Origin: a bacterium
Lineage (GTDB): Bacteria > UBP7 > UBA6624 > JBBIMK01
DNA length: 18,300 bases
NCBI GenBank assembly: GCA_037444445.1
Contig: JBBIMK010000012.1
Span: forward strand, 1-18,300
Direction of reading: 5' to 3'
Part shown: positions 1 to 7,539 of the stretch, piece after piece
How positions within the stretch are numbered: the stretch's first letter is position 1
Layout: each line of letters opens with the position of its first letter
Program-made: the position numbers and the translations under genes
Notes under the pieces: model-generated
Database searches by the model: none
What the model was told of the DNA's origin: nothing
Seen by the model: only the letters and a program-made list of their open reading frames with translations

Positions 1-2
1 CT

Positions 3-212
3 GTGTGGCGTGAGAAAACTCCTGAAAGAGAACACTATGAGCAGACTTCTCCTATCGTAGAATGCTACGAGTATGACATCGGAAAACCCACCGCTCGCAG
101 GGTCTGCACCCCGGATGGGCTGTGGACGGAAGAAGATGAAAAGAAACTCAAAGAGACCATCGCCCGGGAAAAAGCAAGCCAGAACGCCAAAGCCAGCAAT
201 GGGAAAGGATGA
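3..212 (+). CDS. 3' end of an unidentified protein (5' part probably outside the window)
   Basis: The frame is open from the window edge to TGA at 210-212. The tail is charged and Lys/Glu-rich (EEDEKKLKETIAREKASQNAK). No family recognised. The GTG at 3 is probably an internal codon. Confidence 0.35.
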   Translation: MWREKTPEREHYEQTSPIVECYEYDIGKPTARRVCTPDGLWTEEDEKKLKETIAREKASQNAKASNGKG

Positions 213-381
213 ATTGAAGAGGGACCCTGTGCAAAAGGTTCATAGGGGCAAGCCTTGAAACAGAAAATTCTTTTACGGCATCGCCCCGCTCTTCCCGTGA
301 GGAAGTAAGAGCATATTGGACCAGGACAGATGAGAGAAATTAGTAGAATGCCCGAAAGACCAAGAAAGGAAGGAAGAGAGG

Positions 382-507
382 GTGCGCGAAGAGGAAGTTT
401 CACGGGTAATTAGCGCCGGTTTAGGTGGCTTCATATCAGGAGCAGCACTTTTTACCGGAGCGGGTGGAATATTCAGAGTCGTGAGATACCTGGCGACGGC
501 GAAATAA
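382..507 (+). CDS. possible 41-aa glycine-zipper membrane peptide (below the ORF-track length cutoff)
   Basis: My own translation is GTG-REEEVSRVISAGLGGFISGAALFTGAGGIFRVVRYLATAK-TAA. A purine-rich AAGGAAGGAAGAGAGG stretch lies directly upstream. It has one hydrophobic Gly-rich helix and a basic C-terminus. There is no homology support and it overlaps antisense ORFs. Confidence 0.2.
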   Translation: MREEEVSRVISAGLGGFISGAALFTGAGGIFRVVRYLATAK

Positions 508-664
508 TCCAGAGTCGCCACGCATGAGAGAAGAGGGGATTGTAGGGGGGGCAGGTTATATTCACTGCCACCATTGTCAGCGAGAAGGGGGGATGGAAGG
601 TGAAAAGGGATATTTCAAGGCCCGCCCCTTTGACCACAATTGTTATCACTGGCAAGATTCTCTC

Positions 665-693
665 TTGACATTGATCAATTTTTCTACTAAATT
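665..693 (+). promoter_or_regulatory. sigma70-type promoter upstream of msrBA
   Basis: TTGACA (665-670), 17-nt spacer, TAAATT (688-693). It lies about 28 nt upstream of the ATG at 721. Confidence 0.45.
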
Positions 694-720
694 AGATATA
701 GAAGAGAGGGGAGAGGTGCG

Positions 721-1860
721 ATGCTCGGGGATATGGTCAGGAAAGGAAAGTATGCCCATATCCTGACCGGGATTGGGGTGGCTGGGGTGGTGATGGTGCT
801 TGCCATTGCCACGACGCATCTTAAAGTTACAGGCACGCCCAAAATCACACGGGAGAAAAAGGAGGAAAGGATGGCTGAATATAAAAGACCTTCGTGCGAC
901 GAGTTGAAGAAGCGGCTCACGCCAGAACAATACGAAGTCGTGTGCAACAACGGAACGGAACCTCCATTCCACAATGCATACTGGAATCATCACGAGCCGG
1001 GCATCTATGTAGATATTGTCAGCGGGGAGCCGTTGTTTTCTTCACTGGACAAGTTTGACTCCGGGACGGGATGGCCCAGTTTCACGAAGCCCCTCGTTGC
1101 GGAAAATATCGTGGAGAAACCTGATTTTTCCCACGATATGGTGCGAACCGAGGTGCGCTCCAGGCAAGGGGATGCACATCTGGGGCATGTTTTTGACGAT
1201 GGACCGGGTCCTACTCATAAGCGGTACTGCATCAATTCAGCAGCCTTGCGTTTTGTCCCGCTGGAAAAGATGGAGGGGGAAGGGTATGGCAAATATCTGG
1301 CATCCTTCGTGGCTGCGGGCATCCTGCCCGAGAAGAAGCCCTCCATCGGGACTTTCCGGAAGAAGCAGAGAGAAGAAGAGGTGTATCTGGCGGGTGGGTG
1401 CTTCTGGGGTATGCAGGAAATTCTCAGAAAAATCCCCGGCGTCCTGCACACCGAGGTGGGATACACCGGAGGCTCCGTCCCTGATGCCACTTACCGTTAT
1501 CATCCGGGGCATGCGGAAGCGGTGCGGGTGGTGTATGACCCCGACCAATTAAGTTTTGAGGTTTTGCTTCGCTGGTTTTTCCGCATGCATGACCCGACCA
1601 CCCTGAATCGCCAGGGCAACGACATTGGCGAATCGTATCGCTCCGCCATTTTTTATCTCACTGAGGAGCAGGGCAAGATTGCGGTATCGTTCAAGGAGCG
1701 TTTGAATCAATACAGCAAGTGGGGTGCACCCATCGTCACCCAGATTACCCGGGCGGGTCCATTCTGGCCAGCGGAAGAGGAGCACCAGAACTACCTGCAG
1801 AAACACCCCAACGGCTACACCTGCCACTTCCTGCGCCCCGAGTCCATCCTCGGATTTTAA
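721..1860 (+). CDS. msrAB: bifunctional peptide-methionine sulfoxide reductase, MsrB-MsrA domain order, with optional N-terminal transmembrane anchor
   Basis: The MsrB/SelR half has [25 protein letters not shown] and the catalytic RYCINSAAL. The MsrA half has [23 protein letters not shown] and the YHQNYL-like EEHQNYL. Residues 14-34 ([21 protein letters not shown]) form a hydrophobic helix. An alternative in-frame ATG at 871 follows AAGGAGG. Confidence 0.9.
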   Translation: MLGDMVRKGKYAHILTGIGVAGVVMVLAIATTHLKVTGTPKITREKKEERMAEYKRPSCDELKKRLTPEQYEVVCNNGTEPPFHNAYWNHHEPGIYVDIVSGEPLFSSLDKFDSGTGWPSFTKPLVAENIVEKPDFSHDMVRTEVRSRQGDAHLGHVFDDGPGPTHKRYCINSAALRFVPLEKMEGEGYGKYLASFVAAGILPEKKPSIGTFRKKQREEEVYLAGGCFWGMQEILRKIPGVLHTEVGYTGGSVPDATYRYHPGHAEAVRVVYDPDQLSFEVLLRWFFRMHDPTTLNRQGNDIGESYRSAIFYLTEEQGKIAVSFKERLNQYSKWGAPIVTQITRAGPFWPAEEEHQNYLQKHPNGYTCHFLRPESILGF

Positions 1861-1878
1861 TAACCCTGACTTCAAGGA

Positions 1879-1908
1879 TTTCCAATTTCGGATTTATCCT
1901 TATATAAT
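1879..1908 (+). promoter_or_regulatory. possible internal promoter for the 692-aa membrane protein gene
   Basis: TTTCCA (1879-1884), 18-nt spacer, perfect TATAAT (1903-1908). AGGAGA and GAAGG RBS motifs lie before the ATG at 1934. Confidence 0.3.
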
Positions 1909-1933
1909 GTCGTGTGGCAGGAGACAGTGAAGG

Positions 1934-4012
1934 ATGAAGGTTTTTCTTCGTGAGGCGAAGGCGGCGCTGGTTCATCCAGTTACGGTAGTGGCGTGGATAC
2001 TTTTTTTGGCGGTGGAAGCCTGGGGCTTACGCACCTGGGCGCCGAGGGATTATCGTATCATCGGCGTGTTTTCTGGCACCTTCTACCTTTCTTTCTTCGC
2101 CGCTCTCACCCTGTTCCTCCTGCTGAGGCGGGACGAACGATTCCGCACCGATGACCTGGTGAGGAACGCTACCTTATCTTCAGGCGCTCTTTTCCTCCTG
2201 CGCTATCTCTCCCTTCTGATGGTTTATGGGGTTCTCTTTCTCATCTTGCCTTCGGCAATATGGCTTGTTCAGGATGTTCAAGTCCTATGGCCGCTGACAC
2301 TTCTACTTTTCCTGCTGGCTATGCCGGGTTTCATTTTCCTCACCGTCCTTTCTGCTATTTTTTCCCGGTTTATTCCCGGGCTTTTTGGAATTCCGCTCAT
2401 TGTAGTATTCTGGATATTTCCGTTTATGGGGGTTGTGCTACCGCCGGCGTTTGCGATATTCTTCCCGTATAAGTTAATGAAGAGTTCTGCTGTATTTGGC
2501 TTCGGATTTCAGGACCCTGCATTGGTCGCCGATGCAGCTGGAGGGTTGATTCTCATTGCCATCCTCGTCTCTGTCCTCCTGTTTTTAACGGGGTTGGAAA
2601 CCCATCATCGCTATCCCTATATCCTTCCTGCCGGTTTCCTTCTTCTGCTGAGTTTGTTTTATGGTTACGCTCTTTTCAGTCGCATCGGGAGGAACACGGG
2701 GTCTGCGCTGAATATGCTTTCTATTATGGGCATCACCCCATTTTCTTCCGCCGAGCCCCAGCCCTGCTTGCTGGCGAACTCCGAGTTATCCTTACGGGAG
2801 GAGAGAGGAATCATTTTCGCCCGGGTCACAGCGAATTTCAAAAGTGAAAAAGAAACCACCTGCCTTCTTGCTTTACCGGAGCAAGCGGTAGAACCTGCCC
2901 TGACGCTGAATGGAAAGCCTCTGTCATTGAAGAAAGGGGAAAACTTTCTGACCGCAAAAGTGGAGAAAGGGAGTGAGGGGGCGGTAACGGCAACCTATCG
3001 TCTTCCGCCGTATCTACTGGCACGCATGTCCGCTCTTGGAGTTCAGTATTCCCTCGGCTATGGGGGTGCTTACACCCGCTTCAGCCTTTCCGATGTGGGA
3101 CTGCAAGCAGGGACGAGAACCGGGAGCCTTCTTCCAGCGGAGGAAACGATGGTGCTGATGATGGGGCATTCAGGAGAGAACCTGACTGCCGACGGAGAGT
3201 GTCATAGCGTTTCCGATGGATTGTCCTGCCTTCTGAAGGGCCAAAATCCTATGGTGATGAGTTATCTGCCTCCACTGGAGGTGGCGAGAGAAGGGGTTGC
3301 TAACGGTGAGGCGGGCGGGGTTTCCTTCTCCATCGCCCTCATCCACGGAGGCACCCTACCCCACCCGGAATGGTGGAAAAAATCGGTCTCCATCGCCTCC
3401 TCTATGCTTCAGGCTTTAGAGATTCCGCAGGATATTCAGGTGGTGGAGGCTTACACGCCATTGCTTCGGGCTGTTGCAGGCACGGGCATCGTCCCGCCGG
3501 AAACCCTGATTCAATGGGCGAACTCCAGTGAGGAGGAGGCGGTATTAGGATTCTGCGCCACCGTGTTCTCCACCGTTGTGGGCACCCGCTCGTTTGGTGC
3601 AGGCGCTTCTTCCGCTCTCTCGGATGAAATTGCCCTCCTCACCGCTTTCCTCACCGCCTTAGAAGCAGGTGGAATTCCGGAAGAAAAACTCCGAGAAGCC
3701 ATTCGCAAGCAGGATGAAAACTGGGCAATGAGAATGGTTCTCCAGAATCCTGAACTTAAGAAGAAGCGACAGAACTTCTACGAACTGTTAGCGGAATACA
3801 AACAGCACCCTGAAGAATTGAAGAGAAGGTTGAAGGAAGTGTACGCAGACTTGCGGACTTCCTCTCAACCGAGGTTTCGTATGACCTCCGCCTCTGACCC
3901 GTATGTGGAATACCTTCTGGGTAACACTGAGAAAATAGAGAAGCGGGAGGAATCCACTGGCGGTTCCTGGAAAGTGGAGAGTGGGGGGATGAGAATAGAG
4001 TGGAAAGAGTGA
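1934..4012 (+). CDS. polytopic membrane protein (ABC-2-permease-like N-terminal half) with a large C-terminal domain of about 430 aa and unknown function
   Basis: 692-aa ORF with an RBS. The first ~260 aa contain about 7-8 hydrophobic helices. The remainder is soluble-looking and ends in a charged Lys/Glu-rich tail. No HExxH, Walker or other catalytic motif found. Confidence 0.8.
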   Translation: MKVFLREAKAALVHPVTVVAWILFLAVEAWGLRTWAPRDYRIIGVFSGTFYLSFFAALTLFLLLRRDERFRTDDLVRNATLSSGALFLLRYLSLLMVYGVLFLILPSAIWLVQDVQVLWPLTLLLFLLAMPGFIFLTVLSAIFSRFIPGLFGIPLIVVFWIFPFMGVVLPPAFAIFFPYKLMKSSAVFGFGFQDPALVADAAGGLILIAILVSVLLFLTGLETHHRYPYILPAGFLLLLSLFYGYALFSRIGRNTGSALNMLSIMGITPFSSAEPQPCLLANSELSLREERGIIFARVTANFKSEKETTCLLALPEQAVEPALTLNGKPLSLKKGENFLTAKVEKGSEGAVTATYRLPPYLLARMSALGVQYSLGYGGAYTRFSLSDVGLQAGTRTGSLLPAEETMVLMMGHSGENLTADGECHSVSDGLSCLLKGQNPMVMSYLPPLEVAREGVANGEAGGVSFSIALIHGGTLPHPEWWKKSVSIASSMLQALEIPQDIQVVEAYTPLLRAVAGTGIVPPETLIQWANSSEEEAVLGFCATVFSTVVGTRSFGAGASSALSDEIALLTAFLTALEAGGIPEEKLREAIRKQDENWAMRMVLQNPELKKKRQNFYELLAEYKQHPEELKRRLKEVYADLRTSSQPRFRMTSASDPYVEYLLGNTEKIEKREESTGGSWKVESGGMRIEWKE

Positions 4013-4042
4013 GCGTCCAATCTCACGGGCAGGGTTGAGATT

Positions 4043-4083
4043 CCCCGCTGGAAAGCAGCGGGAGCCCGATGTCTTTTATCGGG
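4043..4083. terminator. two adjacent hairpins between convergent genes (putative bidirectional terminator)
   Basis: CCCGCTG-gaaag-CAGCGGG (4044-4062) and CCCGAT-gtctttt-ATCGGG (4065-4083). They sit between the stop at 4012 (+) and the stop at 4096 (-). There is no classical U-tract, so the call is weak. Confidence 0.3.
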
Positions 4084-4095
4084 ACTTCGCATCAC

Positions 4096-4422
4096 TCAGA
4101 ATGAGACGGACAGATATGATGTAGGGATGAGGTCAAAGTCGGCATCCGTCTTCGCCATTTCCTTCCACACAGGGTCCAATTGAATCGCCATTTTCAAATC
4201 TGCCACCGCTTTCTTACTGTCCTCTTCATCTTTATCCCGTCCGAACTTCAAAGAGTAGGCACAGGCACGGTTGGAGTAGGCTTTGGCATCTTTCAGGTCC
4301 AAAAACTGAGGCTGGGAAGGTTTCCTTCGCTTCTCCAGCAGAACATAACTACTATCGTTGCAATCCCCAGCACAATTAAAATGAAAGTCAGGATAATTAT
4401 GTAAATGCTTAGATTCTGGCAA
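4096..4422 (-). CDS. small TPR-repeat protein, possibly the 3' fragment of a frameshifted membrane-anchored TPR gene
   Basis: TPR-like signature DAKAYSNRACAYSLKFG...KKAVADLKMAIQLDP. The TTG start at 4422 lies 4 nt after GGGAGG. The first ~35 codons are odd (HNYPDFHFNCAGDCNDSS), while another frame of the same DNA encodes a clean TM helix (see findings). Confidence 0.5.
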   Translation of the reverse strand: MPESKHLHNYPDFHFNCAGDCNDSSYVLLEKRRKPSQPQFLDLKDAKAYSNRACAYSLKFGRDKDEEDSKKAVADLKMAIQLDPVWKEMAKTDADFDLIPTSYLSVSF

Positions 4423-4555
4423 TGAACCTCCCTAATTCCATACCGCCGTCTCCGGGCTCGGCGTTGGTGAACGGCTTCAAGACATCCAAATTCCTGCGGT
4501 TCTGAACCGCATCTGGCTTGGTCTCAAACCAAAACATCATTCACCACTCCCTGTG

Positions 4556-4819
4556 TTATCTACACTTATTATAACTGATATGCCCTACATATTCCACCGC
4601 AAATATGCGGTTGGCTGGTATAGAGTCAATGACCACCTCTTGCACACCATCCTCGGTAGATTGGGTGATAAGATTCCTGGTTTTACCGCCCAGTGTCCAA
4701 TTGGGATTTCCGCCTGCATCCTCCTTTTGCGGTTCTCGGACCTCATTTTCATCAGCCCAAAAATGAATCACGACAAGGTCAGTGCACACCTGTCGAGCAA
4801 TTCCTATTGTTGAGGTCAC
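4556..4819 (-). CDS. hypothetical protein (87 aa, GTG start), low-confidence
   Basis: Globular-looking composition (VVIHFWADENEV...NPNWTLGGKTRNLITQS...RIFAVEYVGH). No recognisable family and no convincing RBS. The frame stays open a further 23 codons upstream without a start. The patch is AT-richer. Confidence 0.3.
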   Translation of the reverse strand: MTSTIGIARQVCTDLVVIHFWADENEVREPQKEDAGGNPNWTLGGKTRNLITQSTEDGVQEVVIDSIPANRIFAVEYVGHISYNKCR

Positions 4820-5096
4820 GAGAAAAGCCTGGCTACAGTTATAGAAGCCCCGTTGAGACAGACTTTGAGGAGGCCATCCGCTGCCGTTTCAGGCGCTCAA
4901 ACGCGGATTTTGGTGGCAAACGAAGCACCTCCTTTCGCGCGCTCTCATATCTCCGCACCCACTTTCAATTGAATTCTTCCCTCCATATAATCTATTATCG
5001 CCTTTAATCTATCCTCTCTTGACTCACTTCCAACCCGAGGTATCGCCTGCAAAAACCTTTCAAGTCAAGGATTCTGGAATATTCCTGTTTCACAGA

Positions 5097-7283
5097 TTAA
5101 TGTTCATTCCTCATGGAGGGGCGGGGAAGGGAAGCCATCGCCGCGCCCAACAGGAGAGCCAGAAGGGCAAGAGCAATGCCGGGGATGAGGAGGCGGGGAA
5201 AGTAGCGAAAGGTTACGGTGTGCTCGCCGGCGGGAATCTGGACGGCACGAAAGAGGTAATCTGCCCGGTAAATTTTAGCGGGCTCGCCATCTACCCATGC
5301 CTTCCACCCGGGGTCGTATACATCGGAAAGGACAAGAAAGCCCTCGGTGGCGGTGCGCACTTTCAGCACGACTTCCTGCGGGTTGTCCTTCTGCCACTCT
5401 ACATTAGAAGAAATCTCTTCACTCTCTTGAAATTCAGGGGGGGATTCTTCCAGAAGCACTTCCCGAGCAGGTTCAAAGCCCAGGGAGAATAATTTCTCCA
5501 GGATATTTCTATCCTTGAATTGAACCTTAGTCAGGGTGACATCAACGGCGGGCGACCATTTGATGACACTTTTTACCGGCTTTTCCACTACGACTTTCCC
5601 CACCACGAAAGCCCTCGGATGGGGGTCCAGATTCCGATAAATCTCCACATACTCATCCTGATACACTTTCACATAATGCTCCACTGCCTCGTTTATAAAA
5701 GGGAAATCCCTTATTTTCGGAAGGATGAGGAGGTCTATACCGAGAAGGTTCAGAATTTCCTGCCGTGTGCGGATTTGGAGTTCATTGCTGAACACCAGAT
5801 ATCGGCGGTAGAGCAAAGTGGTCTGGAAGAAGAAAGCCATCGTGGGGAGTTGATACCGATTCGCCAGGAGGAAGGGAACGATTTCGGTGGGGGTGGGAGA
5901 GCCTTGTTCAGTGCGGATGAAGGGCTGGTATCGGAAGGAGGGGTCCTCAAAGAAGCGGAAGCCTGCCGAAAGAACCCGCCCCCCGGGGATTAGATTCTTC
6001 TGGAGAAATTGGGTTCGGGCAGGGATATTTTCATAATACCCCCGCTCCGTCGTCTGGGTATAATGATAGCCCATCCGTGCCAGGTCCCAGCCCTGAAGAA
6101 ACAGCAAAAGCCAGAAGATAAGCCCTCGCCATCGTGGCGGGTAGCGGGAAAGAAGAAAGGATAGCACATACCCTGCTCCGGCGATGGCAAAAACATCCCA
6201 TAACCAGAGGTAACGCGAAGGATACCTCAACAGGGAATAGGGCGGAATCTTCGCCATATACTGATAGAGGGTGGAGTAAGGACCGAGGGTGAACCAGAGA
6301 GCCAGAAGAGAAAGGGTGATAAATAAGAGGATGGGAGGGCGGATTCTTGCAGGAATAGATTTCATCGTGATACCTGCGAACACGAGGCAGAAAACAGGGA
6401 TCCAGCCGATATATCCTCCCTTCTCATAGAACAGGTTGCCGAAGGCTTTCGGGAAGAGGAGAAGCCGGAAGTGGGAGGGATTGAGGAAGCCCTCATTGAC
6501 CGGAGGGATGAGGGCACGAGCAGATTGAAAGCCGAACTCCATACTGGGTGCCAGTTGCGGGGCGCCGAGGAGAATGGCGAACAGATAGCACAAAACCAGG
6601 CTCCATACAGGCTGGAGGGCTGGCTTCCAGTGGTTGGTTTGAAATAATTCCCACAGGGAAAACGCAAGGGAATAAGCCAGCAATCCGGTTCCACAAATGG
6701 TGAGAGCGATGAAATGTCCGGCGAATATCTGCAGAGTCAGCACCCCCGTCAGCGCCATTAGAAGCCATCGCCTCCTGCTTTCCGCATACAGGTCATACAG
6801 GTAAAGTGTGAGGGGAAAAAAAGCCACCACATGAATCAGGTTGGGGTGGAAGAGGTGGGAAATCATAAAGCCGGAGAACTCAATGGACATAGCGCCCCAG
6901 AGGGCAAGTTCCGGGCTACCGAATCTCCGCCTGAGCCAGAGATAACCGAAAGCGCCGGTGAGAAAATAATGAAACGCCAGCAAACTATGATATAAATAGG
7001 TGAAAGAGGAGAGGGGGAAAAGGGCAAATAAAAGATTCGGGGGGTAGAACACCCCGCCCTGCGATTCCGCTAAAAAAGGATACCCGAGGTAGTAAAATGG
7101 GTTCCAGAAGGGGGGAAACCCCTGATGCAAAGCCCACGCCAGAAACCAGCGCGTGGGATACCCCACGAGAGGCGTATCACCTTCATAAATCACTCGCCCA
7201 TAGAAAAGAGACTCCCGGAAGTAAATCAGGGTTAGCACCAGCAGGAAGAAAAGATAAAGGACTTCCTTTCTCCCTTTCCTCAT
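5097..7283 (-). CDS. YfhO-family / GT-C-fold polytopic membrane protein (putative glycosyltransferase)
   Basis: 728 aa. The N-terminus LFYGRVIYEGDTPLVGYPTRWFLAWALHQGFPPFWNPFYYLGYPFLAESQGGVFYPPNLL matches the YfhO-family pattern as I remember it. More than 10 hydrophobic helices are followed by a soluble region and a C-terminal TM helix. Confidence 0.85.
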   Translation of the reverse strand: MRKGRKEVLYLFFLLVLTLIYFRESLFYGRVIYEGDTPLVGYPTRWFLAWALHQGFPPFWNPFYYLGYPFLAESQGGVFYPPNLLFALFPLSSFTYLYHSLLAFHYFLTGAFGYLWLRRRFGSPELALWGAMSIEFSGFMISHLFHPNLIHVVAFFPLTLYLYDLYAESRRRWLLMALTGVLTLQIFAGHFIALTICGTGLLAYSLAFSLWELFQTNHWKPALQPVWSLVLCYLFAILLGAPQLAPSMEFGFQSARALIPPVNEGFLNPSHFRLLLFPKAFGNLFYEKGGYIGWIPVFCLVFAGITMKSIPARIRPPILLFITLSLLALWFTLGPYSTLYQYMAKIPPYSLLRYPSRYLWLWDVFAIAGAGYVLSFLLSRYPPRWRGLIFWLLLFLQGWDLARMGYHYTQTTERGYYENIPARTQFLQKNLIPGGRVLSAGFRFFEDPSFRYQPFIRTEQGSPTPTEIVPFLLANRYQLPTMAFFFQTTLLYRRYLVFSNELQIRTRQEILNLLGIDLLILPKIRDFPFINEAVEHYVKVYQDEYVEIYRNLDPHPRAFVVGKVVVEKPVKSVIKWSPAVDVTLTKVQFKDRNILEKLFSLGFEPAREVLLEESPPEFQESEEISSNVEWQKDNPQEVVLKVRTATEGFLVLSDVYDPGWKAWVDGEPAKIYRADYLFRAVQIPAGEHTVTFRYFPRLLIPGIALALLALLLGAAMASLPRPSMRNEH

Positions 7284-7474
7284 CTTCTATATTTTACTAC
7301 CAGCATAAAAAATTCGTAATTCCCATTCACCGGTTTCCAGTTTCGGGTTGCAAGTTCAAGATACAAGCCAGGAACCCGCCCGGGGTGGCGAGGGTCTGGC
7401 GTTCCCTCCTTTTCTTCTTCCCTTTCATAATCTTCGCACTCCGGATGCTGGCTTATGCCTTATGAAGTATTCCC

Positions 7475-7503
7475 TTGTAAGTTTTCGTGAAAAGGCATAT
7501 CCT
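7475..7503 (+). promoter_or_regulatory. possible promoter of the acyl-CoA dehydrogenase gene
   Basis: TTGTAA (7475-7480), 17-nt spacer, TATCCT (7498-7503). It lies about 37 nt upstream of the ATG at 7540. Confidence 0.3.
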
Positions 7504-7539
7504 ATTTGTATGGACGATGAAGGAGAAGGAGGTGAAGAG

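Noticed and set aside
65-521. Minus-strand ORFs 65-403 (112 aa) and 273-521 (82 aa)
   Set aside because: Their composition is Ser/Pro/Leu-rich and looks non-native. They are antisense to the better-looking 3-212 frame or lie in the intergenic gap, and I saw no RBS. They are likely shadow ORFs.
524-766. 80-aa plus-strand ORF rich in Cys/His (HCHHCQ...HNCYH) that might be a zinc-binding peptide
   Set aside because: It runs straight through the TTGACA-17-TAAATT promoter and overlaps the msrBA start out of frame. It has no RBS and its composition looks like a translated leader.
5019-5993. Plus-strand 157-aa ORFs 5019-5492 and 5520-5993
   Set aside because: They are antisense shadows inside the well-supported YfhO-like gene, with no motifs or RBS.
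7366-7400. GC-rich imperfect hairpin (CCAGGAACCCGCCCGGGGTGGCGAGGGTCTGG) followed by a T/C-rich tract, considered as a terminator or riboswitch stem
   Set aside because: No gene ends upstream of it on the plus strand. The stem is interrupted by bulges, and I could not match it to any known regulatory RNA class.
7348-7539. 64-codon N-terminal extension of the acyl-CoA dehydrogenase ORF
   Set aside because: The extension is not ACAD-like and spans the candidate promoter. ATG 7540 has a GGAGGTG RBS and gives the canonical ~380-aa length.
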